A stretch of DNA of 64,000 nt from the human T2T-CHM13v2.0 reference genome, Homo sapiens. The DNA is taken from NCBI RefSeq assembly GCF_009914755.1, contig NC_060947.1. One strand, 5' to 3'. Positions 48,384 to 64,000 of this stretch are shown in pieces. Each line of letters begins with the position of its first letter. Position 1 is the first letter of the stretch. Position numbers and translations under genes: made by a program. A model generated the notes under the pieces. It did no database searches. It was not told the DNA's origin and saw only the letters and a program-made list of their open reading frames with translations.

Positions 48384-49997
48384 TGAGCCACCACACCCGG
48401 CCAAGACAAGCTTTTAAAACAGTTAGCTAAAAACATTTTTTACAACCAACACGAATCACTTTTATAATTAAAAGCTACACCTCCTCCAATAAAGATCTAA
48501 AAACAATAAAGAATGAAGTCAAGGTTGTGTATTTCAGCAAGCTGAACTCTGGTGCAGAGTATCTTTGAAAATTGAAATGGATATTTACCTAATTTCCCTT
48601 TATTCTATGTCTTTTTCATTGTCCCTGTACAGAAATATATCCATTCTGGCTGACAGGGATTTAAAAAAAGAGAGAAATATAACCATATTAAAAGTCAAGT
48701 CTCTAGAGGACATGTGTCACTCTGTGGCTGCTCACCCTCCAGTCATCCTTCTAATGGCACATCCCATGCATATCTGGCCCCATTCACCAGAGATACTGAT
48801 TCTGGGGTGCCCTTTGCCTTTTACCAAGCTCCCCGGGTAATAGTTTGTATCTGAGAACATACTGATGTTGGGTTACTGTATGAACAGCTATGCTGTGAAA
48901 GAGGAACTGGATTTGTTTTCTGTGACCACTAAGGAGACATATTTTTGCTTAGCAGAGGAAACAGCTTCCAAAAACTCAGAATTGTCCCAGGATGGCTGCC
49001 CCATAGGGTGAGTTTCCCATCAGTGCTGGTGTAAAAGAAGGAACATACAGGGTTTCAGGGGAGTCTGCTTGAGGCTGGGGGTTGGGCCAGATAACCACTC
49101 TCAAATTCTCAGTTTATGTGACTCTTTGGGTCTCCAAAAATATAAAGAAAGCTTGAGGAAAAAAGACCCTTCAAACTCAGGGTTTTCATAAATTTTAAGT
49201 AAGGGCCATGATTTACAATAAATGTAACACCAATTTTCAAAAAATTTTCTGATTATAAAATGCATACTCATTGCAGAAAATTTTTTAAATACAGAAAGTT
49301 ATAAAGAAGAAAAAAATATAAAAATCATCATGCCACTGAAAGATACACACTTTCTGTCGTATCTCCTGGCTTCATCCCCTCTATAAACATATCACACTAC
49401 CTTTTTTTCATTTAACAATAATTGTGCACACGTTCCCATGCAATTAAATACTGTAGAAACAGAATAATAATATTCTTCTTTATAGATATACCATAATTAA
49501 GCCATTTTCCTGTAGTTGAATATCTAGGTTGCTTCCAAATTCAATTACAGTCTTCTAATTACCAGGAAATCACAAGTGCTATTATACAATTTTTCATATA
49601 TACACAAACAATATAACTAGTGTTTTGAGCCTCTCTGTAACAGTCATGCATTCCAGTGTTCACTGAGTATTAGATAAATACAAGTGTACTTACTATAATA
49701 AAGTGTTGTTTGAAAAAAACCTAAGGAATAATGACACTTTTCAATTGTTTGAAATACATTTGTAGACAAATCCCAACTGTCTGGTTCTAGCTTGTCTAAA
49801 AAACCCAGGTAACATTAGTGGAACAAACACAAATAAGTAAGTCACAGCATTTAAGCCCAGAAACTAAAAGATGGAATAAAATATTTTCACATCAAATTGA
49901 AACTGTTATAATTAATTAAATTAAATTAATTAAAAACAAGTCATTTCAGCTGGCACTACAATGCTGAAAATAATCACAGAAATTTCTTGTTTTTTAC

Positions 49998-50062
49998 CTG
50001 ATTAAGATGGCAGAGCATGGAGTTTTCTACTTAGTTCCAGGTGAATTCTTCACATTTCCTGG
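49998..50062 (-). other. APOO: APOO penultimate exon (65 nt: 36 nt CDS + 29 nt 3'UTR)
   Basis: Acceptor AG at 50063-50064; donor CAG|GTAAAA with GT at 49997-49996. Confidence 0.9.
50027..50062 (-). CDS. APOO: APOO (MICOS subunit MIC26) last coding exon, CDS part: PGNVKNSPGTK* (partial gene; upstream exons lie beyond the right edge of the window)
   Basis: Minus strand reads tttcttttgttttaaaag|CCA GGA AAT GTG AAG AAT TCA CCT GGA ACT AAG TAG, matching the recalled C-terminus of human APOO (...KENFQKPGNVKNSPGTK). Polypyrimidine tract and AG acceptor at 50063-50064, phase 0. Too short to appear in the ORF track. Confidence 0.93.
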   Translation of the reverse strand, partial: PGNVKNSPGTK

Positions 50063-50984
50063 CTTTTAAAACAAAAGAAAGAGCTTGAATGCAGTTTGAA
50101 AAGAAATAGTGCAACTCCTTAGTGTCCTGAGTATTTGGCTGAACATGAACATTAAAAATTATTATGGGGGACAGGGTCAAACCATTTTATTGAGGACTTG
50201 GGGGGTTGTTGAAGAAAGGCTGAGGAGGACAATGAGATCCCACATTCTCGCAGTTACCGACCATTAAATATTATTTTACTGCAAAGTGATCCATCTGTCA
50301 GTAAATTGAAGAAGTTACTAGGGCTCTCTGAGGGCCCTACTGTAGAGTGACTTGGGCAGAGAGAGCAGGAAATAAAGCTCCATTAATCCTCATTATGCAG
50401 ATTCAGCCAAACAGTTGATTCTAATTAAAAAATCAATATATCTTCCTTTTATTTCCTGAAATAAAGGTTTTACACCTATGGGAAGGCTTCCTGTAGGTAT
50501 TTACTCCATGCATTATTCACCATTATCCACCATAGGGGCCAATCCACAAAACATGTTTACTCTGAAAGAAGTTAGACCACACCCATTCTGCCCAGTGGCC
50601 CTCCGGGAACATATAATTAGGCCATGTAATCCATAAGAAGCAGTGTAGGAAAAGCTTCTAGTGGGAAAAGTTCACGTGCTAAACTTTTAAGGCCTTACTT
50701 TCTTTTCTATACGTTTTTTAGACTTTAATTCTGAAAACACATTAATAGTCAGAGATCAGATGGCAGTCTGAAAAACAGGAGGCTGCAGCTGGGCGGGCCA
50801 TGGGGGCTAAGATTCTGTTGTATAGACTTGGAGCAGTTTCTCCTGGTGCCCCTCTTTCAGAGTTATTCATGGATGAAGGAAGAGGAAAAGGTGAGAAAGC
50901 AGGAGCACGTGACTAACCCTGTCATTTCAGAGCATGGTTTCTAGGCAACTTTGGGGCTCCCTGGAGTGGCTGAGAACTGGTCTA

Positions 50985-51232
50985 TAAGTACTGTTTTATA
51001 CCCGTTGTCCCAACATAATTAATAGTGTCCCCTTTCACTCTCAAGAGTATCCTGGTTTGCCGGGCATGTTGGTTCACGCCTGTAATCCCAGCACTTTGGG
51101 AGGCCGAGGCGGGAGGATCCATTGAGCCTGGGAATTCAAGACCAGCTTGGGCAACATAGAAAAAGAAGTTTAAAAAAAAAAAAAAAAAAAAAAAGAGTAT
51201 CCTGGTTTTGATGATAAAGTATATGGTCACCA
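50985..51232. mobile_element. MER94-like hAT fragment with an Alu monomer inserted
   Basis: gttgtcccaacataattaatagtgtcccctttcactctcaagagtatcctggttt...atatggtcacc; TSD aagagtatcctggttt. Confidence 0.65.
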
Positions 51233-52141
51233 CATCCACTTGATGATGGAGTTCTGGGAAACAAGGCCATACGAACTGCTTGGCGGACCAATGATCAACA
51301 TACAATTCTCAGGTCTACTTGATGCTCTGAACAAGAGTGCTACAGGACTGAGAATCTGTGCCCTTCTCCTCCTCCAGAGCCACTCCCCACCCTGCCTCCT
51401 CACATGCATGCACACAAGCGAACACACATACCCATATGTGAACACACACCCACCTACAACCCAGAGGCCTTTTTGCTGTTGCTCGAAATTGACAAACTCC
51501 CTACTGGGACAAGACCTTTGCAAAATATACCCCACTGACCGAGACCAGACAATCCCAATTTTTGCCTAGCTAAATGTTATTCATCCTTTACATCAAGGCT
51601 TTCTTTGTACCCTGTCCTTCAATTTAGCAGAACCTTCTATTCCCTTTCATAGCACTCATGTACTTCCTGATTGTGTAATTATTTCTTTCATGTTTGAGTC
51701 TTTCATTAACCTGTAAGCTTCATGAGGGCACAATATCCCTAGGGCCTCCTAGCACACACTATTCAAATATTTGTTGCATAAACAAATGGAAAGCCAGGGG
51801 CAGTGGCTCACACCTGTAATCCCAGCACTTCAGGAGGCCGAGGCGGGTGGATCACTTGAGCCCAGGAGTTCAAGATCAGCCTGGGCAACATGCTGAAATC
51901 CTGTCTCTAAAAAAAATACAAAAATTAGCCAGGTGGGATGACACATGCCTGTGGTCCCACCTACTCAGGAGGCTGAGGTGGGAGGATCACTTAAGCCAGG
52001 GAGGTTGAGGCTGCAGTAAGCTGTGACTGCACAACTGCACTACAGTTTGGGCAACAGAGTGAGACCCTGTCTCAAAACAAACAAACAAATGGAATGGGGT
52101 AGAACTTAGAGATCTGATGAATGTAAAAAAGCTTGGGTTTC

Positions 52142-53720
<1,579 letters not shown>

Positions 53721-53977
53721 TTGAATTATTTTCAACAATTACTTAACTTCTCCAAAATGCAGTTTCCTCACTTATAAATGGGGATAATAATAGAACCCAC
53801 CTCAAAGACTCTTCCTGAGCAAAGAGTTTAGCGCCAAGGGCCAAGCTCACAGCAAGTAAGTGCTCAATAAACATTATCTATCCTATATGGCAGGCCACTT
53901 TATTTTTTGGATGAAGAAAATAAAAGGTAAGGATAAATGACCTGTTAAAGACCCCAACACAATTCTAGTTCACTTGA

Positions 53978-54491
53978 TGAGGTAGGCAGAATAATGGCCC
54001 CTCAAAGATGTCTTCTATTTCTGGAACCTGTGACTGTTACCTCACACAGCAAAGGGAAATTAAGGTTGCATTGGAATTAAGTTTACTAATCAGTTGCCCT
54101 TAAAATAGGGAGATGATCTTGGATTATCTGGGTGGGCTTGATTCAAGCATAAGAGTGCCTGCAGTCTAAGAGGGAGGCAGAAGAAGAGGTCAGAAGGGGG
54201 ATCTGCAAACGACTTGCTGCAGGCTTCGACAATAGAGGAAGGAAGCTGGAAACAGCCCTCAGCCAGCAAAACAGACCTTGGTCCTACAGCCTCGAGGAAC
54301 TGAGTTCTGTCAACAATCTAAATGAGCAGGAAAGAAATTCCCCCCTAGGGCCTCTAGAAAGGAACGCAACCCTGCTGACACCTTGATTTAGAATTGGACT
54401 TCTGACCCACAGAACTAAGATAATCATTTGCACTACTTTCAACCTGTAAATTTGCAGTCATTTATTTTGGCAGCAATGGAAAACTAAAACA
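53978..54491 (+). mobile_element. MLT1 (MaLR) solo LTR
   Basis: ggcagaataatggccctcaaagatgtc...ccctgctgacaccttgattt...gcagcaatggaaaactaaaaca. Confidence 0.8.
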
Positions 54492-55021
54492 ATGACATAA
54501 GGATTCCTGACTACAGGGTATGGTTCCATTTTCTATCAGTGGACATTATCTTCTCAGGCAGAAGCGAAAATGTGCAGTATCACATGAGTGGTGGTTGATG
54601 ACTATCATGTGGCTAGAGTCCAGCCATTTCATATGTTCCTCACATGAGATAACCTTATTTAATCCTCAAAACAGCTCCAGGAGGTACTATGCCAGTTCCC
54701 ACAGAGCTGGAGTAACTTCCCAAGGTTTCAGGGCTAGTAAGAGGCAGAGGTGGGGTAGGAGTCTGGTGCTCCCGCTCCTCTTAGTCCACTGGACAACGCT
54801 GTATCCTGCCCACTGATACCAAGAGTGCATTCCTTTCTAAAGAGGAGATGACATTATTCAGGATTTCTAACTTTTCATTTTGGTAAATAATGGTGTTTTT
54901 AAAAAGAAAGAAAAAATCATTTCAAAATCATTTCCTAATACCTGTAGTTCTTAGAATTTTAGACAGCAAAAAATTACAAAGCACAAACTCATAACTTTAT
55001 GGAAAACCCATCAAGCTGTCA

Positions 55022-55312
55022 TTTAAAAAAAATACAGTGGTAAGAATACTTAACATGACATCTGCCCTCTTGGCAGATTTTTAAGTGTACAATACGGTAC
55101 TGTTATCTATAGGCACAGTGTTGTGCAAGGGGTCTGTAGAACTTATTCTCTTTGCTTGACTAAAACTTTGTTGATTACCAACTCCCTATCTCTCCCTCCC
55201 CCAATCCCTGGCAATCGCCATTCTATTCTCTGCCTCTATGAGTTTGACTATTTTAAATACCTCATACAAGTAGAATCATGCAGTAATTGTCCTTCTGTGA
55301 TTAGCTTACTTC
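55022..55312 (-). mobile_element. L1MA-like 3' end fragment
   Basis: ttaagtgtacaatacggtactgttatctataggcac...ccctggcaatcgccattctattctctg...gaatcatgcagta. Confidence 0.75.
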
Positions 55313-56499
55313 AAAGATGAACATTTTAAAACTACATGACTTACTTTCAGCCAAACTTTGCCATGTTTAGAGAGCCGAGGAACTTCTAATGGAGGAAGAA
55401 AAAGCAGGGCATGTTTACTCAGGGTGGTGGCTGCTGCTTCCCTTTCATTTTCCTGCTGAGCCAGCAAGGGCCTGAATAAAACTATTAACAGCTCAGCTTT
55501 AGAAGTTCTGCTCAGTTTTCACATTGGTAACAGGTTTATGCTTCTTTATTAATTTCCTGCCTTTTAAATAATTAGTGTTGGCCTTCAGCAGTCATTGTAC
55601 AATTCTGTGATAGTAATTTGTTGCATTAAAAAAAAGCTAGTGAAAAACTAAAATATGATATTTACTGAGACATACTGCTGTGTTTAGCTAATTATAAGAC
55701 AACTCTAAGCTGGGTGCGGTGGCTCACGCCTGTAATCCCAGCACTTTGGGAGGCCGAGGCAGGGGGATCACCTGAGGCCAGGAGTTCGAGACCAGCCTGG
55801 CCAACATGGCGAAACCCCGTCTCTACTAAAAATACAAAAAAAAAAATTAGCCAGGCATAGTAGTGAATGACTGTAATCCCAGCTACTTGGGAGGCTGAGG
55901 CGGAAGAATCGCTTGAACCCAGAAGGCGGAGGTTGTAATGAACCAAGATGGCACCATTACACTCCAGCCTGGGCGACAGAGCGAGACTCCATCTCAAAAA
56001 AAAAAAAAAAAAAAAGACAACTCTAGTCGGGTGCAGTGGCTCACGCCTGTAGTCCCAGCACTTTGGGAGGCTGAGGCGGGTGGATCACTTGAGGTCAGGA
56101 GTTCAGGACCAGCCTGGCCAAGATGGTGAAACCCTGTCTCTACTAAAAATACAAAAATTAGCCAGGCGTGGTGGCGCACGCCTGTAATCCCAGCTACTCA
56201 GGAGCCTGAGGTAGGAGAATTGCTTGAACCCAGGAGGTGGAGGTTGCAGTGAACGCGATCGCACCACTGCACCACTGCACTCCAGCCTGGGCTACAGAGC
56301 AAGACTCCATCTCAAAAAAAAAAAAAAAAAAAAGACAACTCTAAAAGAGCCATCTGTGACCCTGAGGACTGACACCCACAACTGACCTCCTGACACCCAC
56401 AACTGGCCTTCATCTCTGATACTGAGACCTTGGGTTAGGACTATTCTGAAAGGGTTTCGGATTAGCAATGGACAATCAATAAATATTTCATGCTTTTAT

Positions 56500-61280
<4,781 letters not shown>

Positions 61281-61627
61281 AGAAAGCCCTAGACTGTACC
61301 AAGATGACAATATTTCTGGACACACCTATCTTTGCTTCATAGTTCTGACAAAAAGTTCATTTTAACTGAAGCAGATAAATTCCTCTTAAGTAACCAATGA
61401 TGACAGACTGAAACACTACTTTATTGGTAGAAGACTCAGCACAAACATTTAGAATCATTTCGTAAGAGGGAAAAGGGATGTGGCAGAGCAGCAAAATGCC
61501 ACAGACCTGTTTGGGATATTTCAGAGTAATATACCCCCATGGGAAATAATACCGTTAAGAATTGTGCCATCATTCCTAATTTAAAAATTTTCAGTGCCCT
61601 GTTTTATGTATGTATGTATGTATTTAG

Positions 61628-61981
<354 letters not shown>

Positions 61982-62145
61982 TGATTAGAATACAAACAAT
62001 TGGCCGGGCACGGTGGCTCAAGCCTGTAATCCCAGCACTTTGGGAGGCCGAGGCGGGCAGATCACGAGGTCAGGAGATCAAGACCACCCTGCACAACATG
62101 GTGAAACCCCATCTCTACTAAAAATACTAAACCCCGTCTCTATTA

Positions 62146-62346
<201 letters not shown>

Positions 62347-62645
62347 TTAAAGCTGGACTTGAAAACCAACTTCCTAACAAGCTAAGAAACAAAAAAGTCC
62401 CCTTCATGAAGCGTCCCTTAATTCCCTTCAATGAAGACAAGATATCTTCATCCAAAAATCATACATTTTTGTGTGTGCCTTTCTTCTGGCATTTATCACA
62501 TTTTATCTTGTATTTTGGTCATATGCTTTCCTTATCTCCTTTACTAGATTTTGAATTATTTGATAGTCTATGAAGAGAATATACTCAGCTCCAAGGCCCC
62601 AGAAAGATTCATTTTCCAGGGTAGCTTAAATCTTAGCTCTCATTA

Positions 62646-63026
<381 letters not shown>

Positions 63027-64000
63027 TCAACAAAAAACAATGCCACTTCATTATATCAAGTAATTCCTGAAATTTAAGAATATTGAATTTTGAATTAATA
63101 GGGCCTTCTGCTATTTTTCCTTTAAAACTTGTAATAAATATTTAATGCAGTCAACATTAATTTTTTGTATTTTTAGTAGAGATGAGGTTTCACCGTGTTA
63201 GCTAGGATGGTCTCGATCTCCTGACCTCGTGATCCGCCCACCTCGGCCTCCCAAAATTCTAGGATTACAGGCATGAGCCACCGAGCCCGACCGTTTTTTT
63301 TTTTTGTTTGTTTGTTTGTTTGTTTTTGATACAGGGTTTCACTCCCATTCACCAGGCTGGAGTGCAGTGGGGTGAACATGGCTCACCACAAACTCTACCT
63401 CCTGGGCTCATGAGATTCTCCTGCCTCAGCCTCCCAAGTAGATGGGACTACAGGTGCATGCCACCACACCTGGTTATTATTTTTTTTTTGGTAGTTTTTG
63501 TAGAGACAGGGTTTTGCCATATTGCCCAAGCTGGTCTCGAACACCTAGGCTCAAAGCGATTTGCCTGCCTCAGCCTCCCAAAGTGCTGGGATTTCAGGCA
63601 TGAGCCACTGTGCCTGGCCCTGATTTTATTACCTTCTATTGAGAACAGACAGCTGTCAATAAAATTATCCTTGGAGAGTAACAAACAGGAGAAAGCCTTA
63701 AGTTCTCAATGACTCTGAAGAAGGCAAGGGTATAAAGACAGAGAGAAATGCAAACCAATCATGAGCTAATTAAAAATCTTTACCACCTCACTCTAAAAAG
63801 ATCTGCATATAAATTTGGGTAGCTTTAATATCTAATGTCTTCAAATGACCAGAAAATGTTGGCCTGCTTAACTGGTATCCTAACCACAGTCCAGCTGCTT
63901 CTGCACTGGGCTGAATTCTTAGCGCAGTCAGAGAATGCTGTTTCCAAGCCAGAGGCTCCCGCAGCCCTCACTTTAGCTTTGGTGTGCGTGTGTGTCTGCA

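Overview
Primate (almost certainly human) genomic DNA with roughly 100 Alu copies or fragments (manual tally), plus old L1M, L2, MIR, LTR (MER39/MER34/MER21/MLT1/MLT2-like) and DNA-transposon (MER5, MER20, MER63, MER94, Tigger4) relics. Two genic signals are present, both on the minus strand. (1) The 3' end of APOO (MIC26): a 65-nt last coding exon (49998-50062, PGNVKNSPGTK*) and a non-coding terminal exon (about 43040-43293) with an ATTAAA poly(A) signal. (2) A full-length processed RPL9 retrocopy with an intact 192-aa ORF, 5' pyrimidine tract, AATAAA, poly(A) tail and 14-bp TSDs, lying sense within the last APOO intron. From recalled annotation (not verifiable here) this is RPL9P7 at Xp22.11, and positions 1-43000 would be the SAT1-APOO intergenic region. 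Nearly all other ORFs in the track are Alu or low-complexity artefacts. I found no convincing novel multi-gene system. The most notable observations are the intact retrocopy, three serial retroinsertions at one target site, a short non-repeat duplication, closely spaced inverted Alus and several candidate enhancers.
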